From NCBI GenBank assembly GCA_937926065.1, contig CALANM010000091.1, forward strand, positions 1 to 50,740: a DNA stretch of 50,740 bases, in the 5' to 3' direction. Below the pieces are notes generated by a model. It ran no database searches. It had not been told where the DNA came from and saw only the letters and a list, made by a program, of their open reading frames with translations. The DNA comes from an uncultured Microbacterium sp. Its GTDB lineage: Bacteria > Actinomycetota > Actinomycetes > Actinomycetales > Microbacteriaceae. A program made the position numbers and the translations under genes. Shown here piece after piece: positions 8,309-17,869 of the stretch (position 1 is its first letter; every line of letters starts with the position of its first letter).

Positions 8309-9403
8309 TTGAACGCGCCGAAAGACTCGGAGCCGACCGCACGAGACCGACGCCGCTGGGCGCAGTACCTCGTCGACGAACGTGGCGAGGCCCGCGTGTA
8401 CCGAGAGCTCGCCGAGCGCAAGAGCGGGGAGGAGCGTGAGATCCTCCTGGCGCTCGCCGAAGCCGAGGGCCGCCACGCCGACCACTGGCTGGAGCTGCTG
8501 GGCGGCGAGCCGGATCGGCTCCCGTCGCCCACGCTCAGCTCGCGCATGCTGGGCTGGATGGCGCGCCGCTTTGGCTCGATCTTCGTGCTGGCGCTCGCTC
8601 AGAACGCCGAGAACCGCTCGCCGTACGATTCTGAGCCTTACGCGACGGCGCGCATGGCCGCCGACGAGAAGATCCACGGAGAGGTCGTGCGCGGGCTCGC
8701 GGCACGTGGTCGCCGGCGACTGTCGGGAACGTTCCGCGCGGCGGTGTTCGGCGCCAACGACGGACTCGTGTCCAACCTCGCGCTCGTCATCGGCATCGGG
8801 GCTACGGGCGTCGCTCCGCACTTCGTGCTCTTCAGCGGCATCGCCGGCCTTCTGGCGGGGGCGCTGTCGATGGGGGCGGGGGAGTACGTGTCTGTCCGCT
8901 CGCAGCGAGAGCTGCTGGACGCCACCGAGCCTGCGCCGCACTCGCGCGCCGTCCTCGCCGACCTCGACCTCGACGCGAACGAACTCGCCCTCGTCTACCG
9001 CGCCCGTGGGCTGAGCGAGGACGAGGCGATGGCGAAGGCGCGACGCGCGGTGACGGCTGCACAGGGTCCTGAGCAGACGGCGCCCGGCACGCAGACGGTC
9101 CGGCTCTCCGGCCACCATGATGTCGTGGGCAGTGCGCTGGGAGCGGCCGCATCGAGCTTCCTCTTCTTCGCCTCGGGCGCTGTCGTTCCCGTGCTGCCCT
9201 GGCTGTTCGGTATGAGCGGCGTCCCGGCCATCGTGCTGGCGCTCGTCCTGGTGGGCGTGGCGCTACTGGCCACCGGTGCCACGGTGGGACTCCTTTCGGG
9301 GGCCCCGCCGGTGCGGCGGGCGCTTCGTCAGCTCGGCATCGGCTTCGGTGCGGCGGCGGTCACGTACGCCCTCGGGCTCCTGTTCGGAGTGTCCGTCGCC
9401 TAG
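8309..9403 (+). CDS. VIT1/CCC1 family metal transporter with N-terminal rubrerythrin-like domain
   Basis: FRAAVFGANDGLVSN and AGALSMGAGEYVSVRSQ motifs; N-terminal EGRH and EKIH ExxH motifs. TTG start after GAGGA. Confidence 0.9.
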   Translation: MNAPKDSEPTARDRRRWAQYLVDERGEARVYRELAERKSGEEREILLALAEAEGRHADHWLELLGGEPDRLPSPTLSSRMLGWMARRFGSIFVLALAQNAENRSPYDSEPYATARMAADEKIHGEVVRGLAARGRRRLSGTFRAAVFGANDGLVSNLALVIGIGATGVAPHFVLFSGIAGLLAGALSMGAGEYVSVRSQRELLDATEPAPHSRAVLADLDLDANELALVYRARGLSEDEAMAKARRAVTAAQGPEQTAPGTQTVRLSGHHDVVGSALGAAASSFLFFASGAVVPVLPWLFGMSGVPAIVLALVLVGVALLATGATVGLLSGAPPVRRALRQLGIGFGAAAVTYALGLLFGVSVA

Positions 9404-9485
9404 CTCGTGTTCAAAGGCGCGCTCGGAACGTGCTAGGCTCGATCCTCGGTTGGTGACACACCAGACACCGGCCGAAACACCCAAT

Positions 9486-9570
9486 GCGCGGGTGGCGGAA
9501 TAGGTAGACGCGCTAGCTTGAGGTGCTAGTGCCCGTATAGGGCGTGGGGGTTCAAGTCCCCCCTCGCGCA
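9486..9570 (+). tRNA. tRNA-Leu(GAG)
   Basis: GCGCGGG/CTCGCGC acceptor stem, CTAGC-TTGAGGT-GCTAG anticodon arm, long variable arm, GTTCAAGTC T-loop. CCA not encoded. Upstream TTCAAA (9410) and TGcTAGGCT (9431-9439). Confidence 0.97.
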
Positions 9571-9575
9571 CAGAA

Positions 9576-9605
9576 GGAAAAGGGTCCCGAGAGGGGCCCT
9601 TTTCC
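9576..9605 (+). terminator. Intrinsic terminator after tRNA-Leu
   Basis: GGAAAAGGGTCCC-GAGA-GGGGCCCTTTTCC hairpin with T run. Confidence 0.85.
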
Positions 9606-9708
9606 TGTATCCGGAGTCCGTCGGGCGTGCGTGAGAGCCCCATGCCGCGCCCGCCTGGCAGGCGCCTCCCGGCCGGGAGCTCGCACCGCCTCAGGTAGCG
9701 TGGAACGC

Positions 9709-11000
9709 ATGCCCGAGCTCGAAGACCTCCCCGAGGTCGTGCGCATCGCGCGTGACCTGATCCGCATCGACACGACGAACTGGGGCGAGGGCCGCAGCGC
9801 CGGTGAGCGCGAGGCCGCCGAGTACGTCGGAGCGTTCCTCGAGTCCCTCGGACTCGAGACCCACTACTACGAGCCGATCTCCCGCCGCACGAACGTGATG
9901 GCCCGCGTGCCGGGCCGTGACGCGACCAAGCCCGCCCTCGTGCTGCACGGCCACCTCGACGTCGTGTCGCCGACGACTGGACCGTCGATCCGTTCGCCGG
10001 CGAGATTCGCGACGGGATGCTGTGGGGTCGCGGTGCGGTCGACATGAAGAACATGGACGCCATGATCCTCACGGCGGTCGCCGGGCTTCTTCGCGCGGGC
10101 GAGCAGCCGGAGCGCGATGTCATCGTCGCGTTCTTCGCCGATGAGGAGAACGGCGGCGTCGAGGGGTCTCAGCTCGTCGTGCGCGACCGTCCCGAGTGGT
10201 TCGCCGGAGCGACCGAGGCGATCAGCGAGGTCGGCGGATACTCGATCCCCGTGGGCGACCGCCGCGCCTACCTGCTGCAGGTAGGGGAGAAGGCGCTGGT
10301 ATGGCTGCGCCTGCGAGCGCGGGGCATAGCCGGTCACGGCAGCCGTGTGCATCCCGACAACGCTGTCACCCGCCTTGCGGAGGCCGTCGCCGCTCTCGGG
10401 CGCACCCAGTGGCCGATCGCTCTCACGGGAACGAGCAGCCAGACCGTCGAGCGCATCGCCCAGCTGTGCAACGCGGACGCCGCCGATCCGGATGCCGTCG
10501 CGGACCTCGCCGGTCCGGCATCCGCGTTCCTCCGTTCGACCCTGCGCACGACCGCCAACCCGACAGGGCTCACCGCGGGGTACAAGCACAACGTCATCCC
10601 CGACGCCGCCGTCGCGACCATCGACGTGCGAACTCTCCCCGGCAAGGAGGACGAGGTGCTGGCCGAGATCCAGCGAATCGTGGGAGACGACATCGTCGTC
10701 GAGGTGTCGCATCGCGACATCGGACTCGAGGTCCCGTTCGCCGGCCCGCTCGTCGAAGCCATGATCGCAGCGCTGGAGAGCCACGACCCGGGCGTTCCGG
10801 TCGTCCCGTACCTGCTCGGCGCCGGCACCGACAACAAGGCCCTGGCAGAACTCGGCATCGCCGGGTACGGGTTCGCTCCGCTGCGCCTGCCCCGCGAGCT
10901 CGACTTCACCGGTATGTTCCACGGCGTGGACGAGCGTGTGCCGCTCGACGCGCTCACCTTCGGTCAGCAGGTGCTCACCGATCTGATCCGCTCCTACTGA
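9709..11000 (+). pseudogene. M20/M25/M40 metallopeptidase (ArgE/DapE-like), frameshifted near 9966
   Basis: First frame from ATG 9709 reads MPELEDL...HGHLDVV. The protein then continues in another frame as ADDWTVDPFAGEIRDGMLWGRGAVDMK...DEE...HGVDERV to TGA 11000. Confidence 0.85.
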
Positions 11001-11009
11001 GAGGCCGGC

Positions 11010-11846
11010 ATGGGCTCCATCTTCGACGCCATCATCCTCGGGATCGTCCAGGGACTGACCGAGTTCCTCCCGATCTCCTCCAGCGCTCACCTGCGCATCG
11101 TCGGCGAGTTCCTGCCCGCAGCACAGGACCCGGGCGCGACCTTCACGGCGATCACCCAGATCGGCACTGAGATCGCCGTGCTCGTGTACTTCTGGAACCG
11201 CATCGCACGCATCATCGTGCAGTGGTTCCGTTCGCTGACCGGAAGCGTGCCCCGTAACGATCCCGATGCGCGCATGGGGTGGATCGTCATCATCGGCACG
11301 ATCCCGATCGGCGTTCTCGGATTCTTCTTCCAGAGCGTCATCCGCGACACGTTCCGCAATCTATGGCTCGTGGCGATCGTGCTCATCGTCTTCGGCCTTC
11401 TGCTGGGCGTCGCCGATGCGCTGGGCTCTCGCACGCGCGTCGAGAAGGACCTCACCTACCCGCACGGTCTCGCCCTGGGGCTCGCGCAGTCGCTCGCCCT
11501 CATCCCGGGCGTCTCGCGCTCGGGGGCGACGACGACCATGGGTCTCGCGCTCGGGTACACGCGACCGGCGGCGGCAGAGGTCGCCTTCCTGCTCGCGGTT
11601 CCCGCGGTGTTCGGGAGCGGACTGTACGAGCTCTACCACGCGCTCACCGAGGAGGGAGCACAGACGTTCACGCTCGCCGAGACCGCGGTCGCCACGGTGG
11701 TCGCCTTCGGCGTCGGCTTGGCCGTCATCGCGTTCCTCATGCGGTATCTGGCGCGCGGAAGCTTCCTGCCGTTCGTCCTCTACCGACTGGCGCTGGGCGC
11801 TGTACTGCTCGTGCTGCTGTCGACGGGCGTGCTGCAGGCCTACTGA
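11010..11846 (+). CDS. uppP: Undecaprenyl-diphosphate phosphatase
   Basis: [14 protein letters not shown] and [12 protein letters not shown] signatures; multiple TM helices. Confidence 0.96.
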   Translation: MGSIFDAIILGIVQGLTEFLPISSSAHLRIVGEFLPAAQDPGATFTAITQIGTEIAVLVYFWNRIARIIVQWFRSLTGSVPRNDPDARMGWIVIIGTIPIGVLGFFFQSVIRDTFRNLWLVAIVLIVFGLLLGVADALGSRTRVEKDLTYPHGLALGLAQSLALIPGVSRSGATTTMGLALGYTRPAAAEVAFLLAVPAVFGSGLYELYHALTEEGAQTFTLAETAVATVVAFGVGLAVIAFLMRYLARGSFLPFVLYRLALGAVLLVLLSTGVLQAY

Positions 11847-11859
11847 GCGCGGTCGCGCG

Positions 11860-12720
11860 TCAGCGGCGCGGCTCGTCGCGCCCCGGCTTGCTCGGGCCGT
11901 CGCCGCCGCGGCGCAGGTATCGCTCGAACTCCTGGGCGATAGCATCCCCGGATGCTTCGGGAGAGTCCCATGCGTCTCGCGTGGCCTCGAGCTGCCGGAT
12001 GTACTCCTGCATCTCCTCGTCGTCGGCCGCTGCGGCGTCGATCGACGCCTCCCACGCGAGCGCGTCGGCGGGAAGGTGCCCGCGGTCGAGGCGGGCGCCG
12101 GTGATCTCGCTCAGCCGGTCGAGGAGGGCGAGGGTGGCCTTCGGCGAAGGGGAGTGCCCCGCGACGTAGTGCGGCACGCTGGCCCACAGCGAGACAGTGG
12201 GAATGCCGGCGGCCTCGCCGGCGGAAGTCAGCACGCTCAGGATGCCGACGGGTCCTTCGTACGTGGAGCGCTCGAGAGAGAGCGACGCGCGCAGGTGCTC
12301 GTTCTCACTCCCGGCGAAGATCGAGATCGGTCGGGTGTGGGGGACGTCGGCCATCATGGACCCGAGCGCCACGATGCCCGTGATGTCTTCGCGCAGGGCG
12401 GCGTCGACGAGCTCGGCGGCGAATGCCTGCCAGGCGCGGGCGGGCTCGACGCCGGTCAGCAGCCACAGCGCGACGTCGGCGCTCGTCCGCGGACGCCAGA
12501 TCGTCGCCTCCGGCCAGACCAGGGCGCGGGAGCCGTCGGCCTCCTGACGGATCTGGGGACGCGTGTACTGGTAGTCGAAGTACAGCTCCGGGTCGACCGA
12601 GTACGCCTTGTCGAACTCGCTCGAGGCGCGCAGGTGCGACGCAGCGGCGGATGCGGCTTCGCCCGCGTCGTTCCAGCCGTCGAAGGCGATCACCAGCACT
12701 CGGCGTCCCAGATCGTCCAC
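11860..12720 (-). CDS. PAC2 family protein (proteasome assembly chaperone-like)
   Basis: AFDGWNDAGEAA, GVEP, ADVPHTRP, YEGPVGI, WASVPHY, IAQEFERYL. GTG 12720 follows SD GGAGGGAG. Confidence 0.9.
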   Translation of the reverse strand: MDDLGRRVLVIAFDGWNDAGEAASAAASHLRASSEFDKAYSVDPELYFDYQYTRPQIRQEADGSRALVWPEATIWRPRTSADVALWLLTGVEPARAWQAFAAELVDAALREDITGIVALGSMMADVPHTRPISIFAGSENEHLRASLSLERSTYEGPVGILSVLTSAGEAAGIPTVSLWASVPHYVAGHSPSPKATLALLDRLSEITGARLDRGHLPADALAWEASIDAAAADDEEMQEYIRQLEATRDAWDSPEASGDAIAQEFERYLRRGGDGPSKPGRDEPRR

Positions 12721-12846
12721 CCCGCTCCCTCCGTCCGTGAGGCGCTCCCCACGATACGCCCGCGTCATGCCCGCGGGGGCGAGCACGCGTGACCACCGAC
12801 GTCTGCGCGCAGAGGGCGGCGGGCGCGCCCCGGCTACGATGGTCGG

Positions 12847-13527
12847 GTGACGTCCTCCTTCCCCGCCGCAGTCCTGTGGGACATGGACGGCACCCTCGTC
12901 GACACCGAGCCCTACTGGATCGCCGCTGAGGCCCCGCTCGTCGAGCGGTTCGGCGGCACCTGGACTCACGAGCAGGCTCTCGGTGTCGTCGGCCTGGGCC
13001 TGGACGACGCTGCCCGTGTGCTTCAGGACGCGGGTGTGCGGATGCCGGTTCCCGAGATCATCGACCACCTCACCGACGAGGTGCTCGCCCAGCTCCGAGA
13101 GCACGGCGTCCCCTTCCGTCCGGGAGCGCAGGAGCTTCTCAGAGGCCTCCGTGACGCCGACGTCCCCACGGCTCTCGTGACGATGTCGATGAACCGCATG
13201 GCGTCGGAGATCGTGAGCCTTATCGACTTCCCGGCCTTCGACGTCATCGTCGCCGGCGACGACGTGACGCGACCCAAGCCCTTCCCCGACCCCTACCTTC
13301 AAGCGTGCGAGACGCTCGGAGTGCGCCCCGCCGACGCCATCGCGATCGAGGACTCGCCCAACGGCCTCCGTGCGTCGCTGGCGGCCGGCATCCCCTCGAT
13401 CGGCGTGCCCAACGTGGTCTCGCTGGAGGGAGTCGGCGCGCAGGCCCTGTGGCCGACGCTCGACGGGCGCACCGTCGACGACCTCGCCGCCTTCCATGCC
13501 GATCACCGCCGGGAGACCACCGCGTGA
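12847..13527 (+). CDS. HAD family phosphatase
   Basis: WDMDGTLVDTE, KPFPDPY, IEDSPNG. Confidence 0.93.
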   Translation: MTSSFPAAVLWDMDGTLVDTEPYWIAAEAPLVERFGGTWTHEQALGVVGLGLDDAARVLQDAGVRMPVPEIIDHLTDEVLAQLREHGVPFRPGAQELLRGLRDADVPTALVTMSMNRMASEIVSLIDFPAFDVIVAGDDVTRPKPFPDPYLQACETLGVRPADAIAIEDSPNGLRASLAAGIPSIGVPNVVSLEGVGAQALWPTLDGRTVDDLAAFHADHRRETTA

Positions 13528-14537
13528 ACATCGACCTTCGGCCCAGCGGCCCGTTCCGCTACGGCGACCGCGTGCAGCTGACGGGCCCCAAGGGGCGAAT
13601 GCACACCGTGACGCTGCGCGAGGGCGGCGAGCTGCATACGCACCACGGAGTGCTCTTCCACGCGGACGTCGTCGGCAAGCCCGACGGCTCCGTCGTCACG
13701 AACAGCGGCGGGCATGAGTACCTGGCGCTGCGGCCGCTGCTGCGCGACTTCGTGATGTCTATGCCGCGCGGGGCGGCGATCGTGTATCCGAAGGACGCCG
13801 CGCAGATTCTCGCGGCGGCCGACATCTTCCCGGGCGCCACCGTCGTGGAAGCGGGCGTCGGGTCGGGCGCGCTCTCGCTGTGGCTGTTGCGGGCGATCGG
13901 CTCGCAGGGCCGCCTGATGTCGTTCGAGCGTCGTGAGGAGTTCGCCGAGGTCGCTCAGGCGAACGTCGAGACGTTCCTGGGGCACTATCCGTCAGCGTGG
14001 CAGGTCGTCGTGGGCGATCTCGCCGAGAGCCTGCCGGCAGCGGCAGAGCCGGCATCCGTCGATCGCGTCGTGCTGGACATGCTCGCACCGTGGGAGTGCA
14101 TCGACGTGGTCGCCGATGCTCTCACTCCCGGGGGCGTCGTGCTGTGCTACATCGCGACGGCGACCCAGCTCAGCCGCGTCGCTGAGTACATCCGCGCCAC
14201 GGGACTGTTCACCGAACCGGAGGCGACCGAGACGATGGTCCGCGGCTGGCACGTGCAGGGACTCGCGGTGCGGCCCGATCACCGCATGGTCGCGCACACC
14301 GGCTTTCTCCTCACGGCGCGGCGCCTTGCGCCGGGCTCCGTGCCTCCCGACGTGCGCAAGCGCGCACTGAAGAAGCCGACGTACTCGGACGAGGATGTGG
14401 AGCTGTGGACGCCGGGGGCAGTGGGCGATCGTGAGATCACCGACAAGAACCTCCGCAAGCGCGTGCGCGAGGCGCAGCGCGCGGTCGACGGGGCGCGTCA
14501 GGCGTCCGAGCGCGGGGGCGACGACACCGTAGACTGA
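13524..14537 (+). CDS. trmI: tRNA (adenine(58)-N1)-methyltransferase
   Basis: MPRGAAIVYPKD, EAGVGSGAL, LDMLAPW, VRPDHRMVAHTGFL. GTG start overlaps the HAD stop (GTGA). Confidence 0.95.
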   Translation: MNIDLRPSGPFRYGDRVQLTGPKGRMHTVTLREGGELHTHHGVLFHADVVGKPDGSVVTNSGGHEYLALRPLLRDFVMSMPRGAAIVYPKDAAQILAAADIFPGATVVEAGVGSGALSLWLLRAIGSQGRLMSFERREEFAEVAQANVETFLGHYPSAWQVVVGDLAESLPAAAEPASVDRVVLDMLAPWECIDVVADALTPGGVVLCYIATATQLSRVAEYIRATGLFTEPEATETMVRGWHVQGLAVRPDHRMVAHTGFLLTARRLAPGSVPPDVRKRALKKPTYSDEDVELWTPGAVGDREITDKNLRKRVREAQRAVDGARQASERGGDDTVD

Positions 14538-14541
14538 TCCG

Positions 14542-15492
14542 GTGCGTCGGATTCCTGCTGCTCTCGCCGTTCTCGGCCTGTCCGCTCTTGCTCTCGTCGG
14601 CTGCGCTTCCGCGGCGGACTCGCCGTCGTGCGAACGCGTCGACGCCGGATCTCCGGCACTCGACCTGATCAACCCGTCGGGACCGACCGGCTCGCCGGCG
14701 CTCACGCTCGACGGTCCCGTCTACGTCGACGAGACGTCGTTCGCCGACGTCACCGCAGGCGAGGGCCCCGTCGTCACATCCGACACGCAGGACGTCGTCT
14801 TCAGCGTGTCGATCGCGCGCGGGACCGACGGCGAGACCCTCGTGTCCTCGCCGACGCAGGTGCAGCCCCTGACCAACTGGCTCGAGAACTACGAGGGTCT
14901 CGCCGAGATGATGCGGTGCGCGAGCGAGGGCTCGCGGATCGTCGGCGCGCTGCCCTATGACGCCATGTCGGAGCAGGCCGCGGCGAGCATGGGTCTGCGG
15001 GAAGGCGACGCGGTCGCCGTCGTGCTCGACCTCGAGCGCGTCTACCTGGGCGCGGCCGACGGCGCACCGCAGTACAACGACCGCCCGGGCATGCCTTCGG
15101 TCGTGCTCGCGCCGAACGGAGCGCCCGGAATCATCGTTCCCGACGCCCAGGCGCCCGAGGAGCTCGTCGTGCAGACGCTCAAGCGCGGCGCCGGCCCTGT
15201 CGTCGGCGGCTCCGACTCCATCCGCATTCACTACACGGGCATCACGTGGGACGACCGCGAGGTGTTCGACTCCACCTGGGAGAAGGGATCATCGACGGCC
15301 GTCACGCTCGAGGGCGTCGTGCCGGGCTTCGCCCAGGCGCTCGAGGGCGCCACGGTGGGCTCGCAGATCCTCGCCGTCATCCCGCCGGAGCTCGGCTATG
15401 GCGATGAAGGCGCGGGCTCGATCCCGGGCGGCGCCACCCTCGTCTTCGTCATCGACGTCCTCGGCATCGACGACCCGGCCGAGACGGAGTGA
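14542..15492 (+). CDS. FKBP-type peptidyl-prolyl isomerase, lipoprotein
   Basis: Lipobox LVGC; HYTG, FDSTW, VVPGF, IPPELGYG, TLVFVIDVL; degenerate first FKBP-like domain. Confidence 0.93.
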   Translation: MRRIPAALAVLGLSALALVGCASAADSPSCERVDAGSPALDLINPSGPTGSPALTLDGPVYVDETSFADVTAGEGPVVTSDTQDVVFSVSIARGTDGETLVSSPTQVQPLTNWLENYEGLAEMMRCASEGSRIVGALPYDAMSEQAAASMGLREGDAVAVVLDLERVYLGAADGAPQYNDRPGMPSVVLAPNGAPGIIVPDAQAPEELVVQTLKRGAGPVVGGSDSIRIHYTGITWDDREVFDSTWEKGSSTAVTLEGVVPGFAQALEGATVGSQILAVIPPELGYGDEGAGSIPGGATLVFVIDVLGIDDPAETE

Positions 15493-15567
15493 CGTCGGGG
15501 GTGGCTCCCTCTCGACTCCCGGCGCGCGGACTCCCGCTCCGCGCCGCCCGCATCGGCCCGTCCTAGT

Positions 15568-16590
15568 ATGAATCGGGTGGCCACCGAATCGTCGCGCATC
15601 GCCCCCGAGGAGCGCCTTGTCAACCTCGTCGTCGCGCTGCTCGCGACGGAGCAGGGCCTGACGAAGGACACGATCCTCACGTCGGTATCCGGCTACCGCG
15701 AGCAGAGCGAAGCGGGAGCGAGCAAAGACGCGCTCGAGAAGATGTTCGAGCGCGACAAGGAGAACCTGCGCGGGCTGGGCGTGCCCATCGAGACGATCGG
15801 CGACTTCGCCGACCCCGATGACCTCCGCGAAGCGCGTTACCGCATTCCCACGAGCGAGTACGAGCTGCCCGTCGACATCGAATTCACGTCGGCTGAGCTG
15901 GCGGTGCTGAACCTCGCCGGCGGCGTGTGGAGCGAGAGCTCGATGTCCGCGCAGGCGCGCAGCGGCCTGCGCAAGATCCGCGCGCTCGGCAATGTCGTCG
16001 ATGCGCCCATCATCGGCTACTCGCCGCGCATCAATCTCCGCGAGCCTGCGTTCGCGCCCCTGCAGCGCGCGATCGAGCAGGCCCGCGAGGTCGATTTCGA
16101 CTACCTCAAGGCGGGCGAGTCGACGCCGAGGCGACGCCGCATCCGTCCGCTCGCCCTCGTCGAGTACGAGGGGCGCTGGCACGTCTTCGGGTTCGACCGT
16201 GACCAGGACGCCGAGCGCACCTTCCTGCTGGCGCGCATCGCGTCGCCTGTGCAGGTCACGAAGCGCTCGTTCGACCCCGCGTTGCGTGATGGCGCGGGCG
16301 AGAAGGCACTGCGAGGCCTGGCGGAGGTCGCCGATCGTCAGCGGGCCCTTCTCGAGGTGGCTCCCGGCACCGAGGCCGCCCTGCGGCTGCACCGGCGCGC
16401 GATGCCGGCTGAGCAGGGCGTGTACGTGCCGTTCGTCGACGTGCACGTCTTCGCCGACGAGCTGGCCTCCTACGGGCCGGAGGTGCGCGTGGTCGAGCCG
16501 GCCGAGCTTCGCGATCAGGTGATCGCGCGGCTGGAGCGCACGCTCGCGCTGCACCGAGACCGCACCGACGCACGGGAGGTGGCTTCGTGA
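15568..16590 (+). CDS. pafB: HTH-WYL transcriptional activator PafB
   Basis: ERLVNLVVALL, KMFERDKENLRGLGVPI, WYL-type GRWHVFGFD, RTFLLARI. True start may be GTG 15577 (TAGTAT at 15564-15569). Confidence 0.9.
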   Translation: MNRVATESSRIAPEERLVNLVVALLATEQGLTKDTILTSVSGYREQSEAGASKDALEKMFERDKENLRGLGVPIETIGDFADPDDLREARYRIPTSEYELPVDIEFTSAELAVLNLAGGVWSESSMSAQARSGLRKIRALGNVVDAPIIGYSPRINLREPAFAPLQRAIEQAREVDFDYLKAGESTPRRRRIRPLALVEYEGRWHVFGFDRDQDAERTFLLARIASPVQVTKRSFDPALRDGAGEKALRGLAEVADRQRALLEVAPGTEAALRLHRRAMPAEQGVYVPFVDVHVFADELASYGPEVRVVEPAELRDQVIARLERTLALHRDRTDAREVAS

Positions 16591-17546
16591 GCGACCGACC
16601 GCTCATGGCGACCGACCGTGCCGCCCTCATCCTGCAGCTGGTGCCCTACCTGATCGGAAAGGGCGAGGTGTCGCTCGCCGAGGCCGCCGCCGAGTTCGAC
16701 GTGACGGAGCAGCAGATGCGAGCGATGGTCGAGAAGCTCACCGTCATCGGCCTTCCCGGCGAAGGCGGATTCTGGCAGATGGCCAACGACCTGTTCGACA
16801 TCGACTGGGATCTCCTCGACGAGCACGGCATCGTGTCCATCACCAACACGGTCGGTCTCGAGCGGACGCCGCGACTGACGGCACGCGAGGCGGCCGCGCT
16901 GCTTGCGGGCCTGCAGCTCGCGGCGAGCCTCCCCGGCGTGGGCGACAGCGGCGTCGTGCAGGGACTGCTGGCGAAGCTCGCACGCGGGGCGTCGAGTGCG
17001 CCGCCCGAGGTGATCGTCGCCCCCGAGAGGGTCGACGATGTGCGTGTCGCGGTGGCCGAGGCGCTGAGGGCGGGCGTCGCCGTCTCATTCACGTATAAGG
17101 CGCCCGATGCGCCGGTCACCACGCGTACCGTCGACCCCGTCAAAGTCCACATCGCCTCCGGCCAGTGGTACCTGCAGGGGTGGTGCCATCTTCGTCAGGC
17201 GATGCGGACCTTCCACCTGGATCGCGTCTCCGATGTGCGACTCACCGACATCGCCATTACGCATGGCGGCGAGCGGGTTCCCGAGCTGTTCGAGCCGAGT
17301 GAGTCCGACGCTGTCGTCGAGCTTGTCATCCGCGCGGGCATCCTGCCCCTGCTGGCCGACTACCTGCACCGGGCGAGCGTGTCCGGGGAAGGGGAGCTGC
17401 GCACCGCGCAGATCCGCGTGGCCGATGAACGCAGCCTCAAGCGGCTCGCGGCACGTCACAGCGGCGACGTGGAGGTGCGCGCCCCCGAGGCGGCGCGGCG
17501 GGCGGTCGCCTGGTGGGCGGAGGCCGGGCTCGCCCAGTACCGCTGA
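16587..17546 (+). CDS. pafC: HTH-WYL transcriptional activator PafC
   Basis: LVPYL, GLPG...DLFDIDW, RTVDP, WYLQGWC, RTFHLDRV. GTGA overlap with pafB; lies before tatAC. Confidence 0.9.
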   Translation: MSDRPLMATDRAALILQLVPYLIGKGEVSLAEAAAEFDVTEQQMRAMVEKLTVIGLPGEGGFWQMANDLFDIDWDLLDEHGIVSITNTVGLERTPRLTAREAAALLAGLQLAASLPGVGDSGVVQGLLAKLARGASSAPPEVIVAPERVDDVRVAVAEALRAGVAVSFTYKAPDAPVTTRTVDPVKVHIASGQWYLQGWCHLRQAMRTFHLDRVSDVRLTDIAITHGGERVPELFEPSESDAVVELVIRAGILPLLADYLHRASVSGEGELRTAQIRVADERSLKRLAARHSGDVEVRAPEAARRAVAWWAEAGLAQYR

Positions 17547-17621
17547 CCGGCGCGTCGGAGCCGCGGGAACGCCCGTCGGCTACACTGGAGAGAACTCCGT
17601 TCCGAGCTGGAAGAGAGCATC

Positions 17622-17861
17622 ATGGGACCTCACGGGTGGCAGTGGCTTCTGATCCTCGCCGTCATTCTTCTGCTGTTCGGCGCGGCTAAGCTGCCTGCCC
17701 TGGCCAAGAGCGTCGGTCAGTCCGCCCGCGTCTTCAAGGGCGAGATGAAGGCGATGAAGGAAGACGACCAGCGGTCGGCCCAGACGTCGAGCCCCGTCGT
17801 CGCCGACAGCACCGCGCCGTCCAGCGCCGATCCGGGCGACACTCCGCGCACGTCCTCCTAG
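17622..17861 (+). CDS. tatA: Twin-arginine translocase subunit TatA
   Basis: LLLFGAAKLPALAKSVGQSARVFKGEM. Confidence 0.95.
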   Translation: MGPHGWQWLLILAVILLLFGAAKLPALAKSVGQSARVFKGEMKAMKEDDQRSAQTSSPVVADSTAPSSADPGDTPRTSS

Positions 17862-17869
17862 TTCCGAGC

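Noticed and set aside
9401-9416. Weak LexA-box-like sequence before tRNA-Leu
   Set aside because: Only one half-site resembles TCGAAC, and it coincides with the tRNA -35 region.
9486-9605. tRNA-Leu 3' end (and tRNA-Val/Gly 3' ends) as possible integration sites
   Set aside because: No integrase, duplicated tRNA end or compositional shift; Leu and Val are followed directly by terminators.
11860-13506. Apparent 548-aa PAC2 fusion, and similar N-terminal extensions of helY (18190), the phosphatase (26855), sepH (30537) and DUF3159 (31831)
   Set aside because: The extensions overlap neighbouring real genes; downstream starts with SD, -10 or stop-overlap support explain the proteins.
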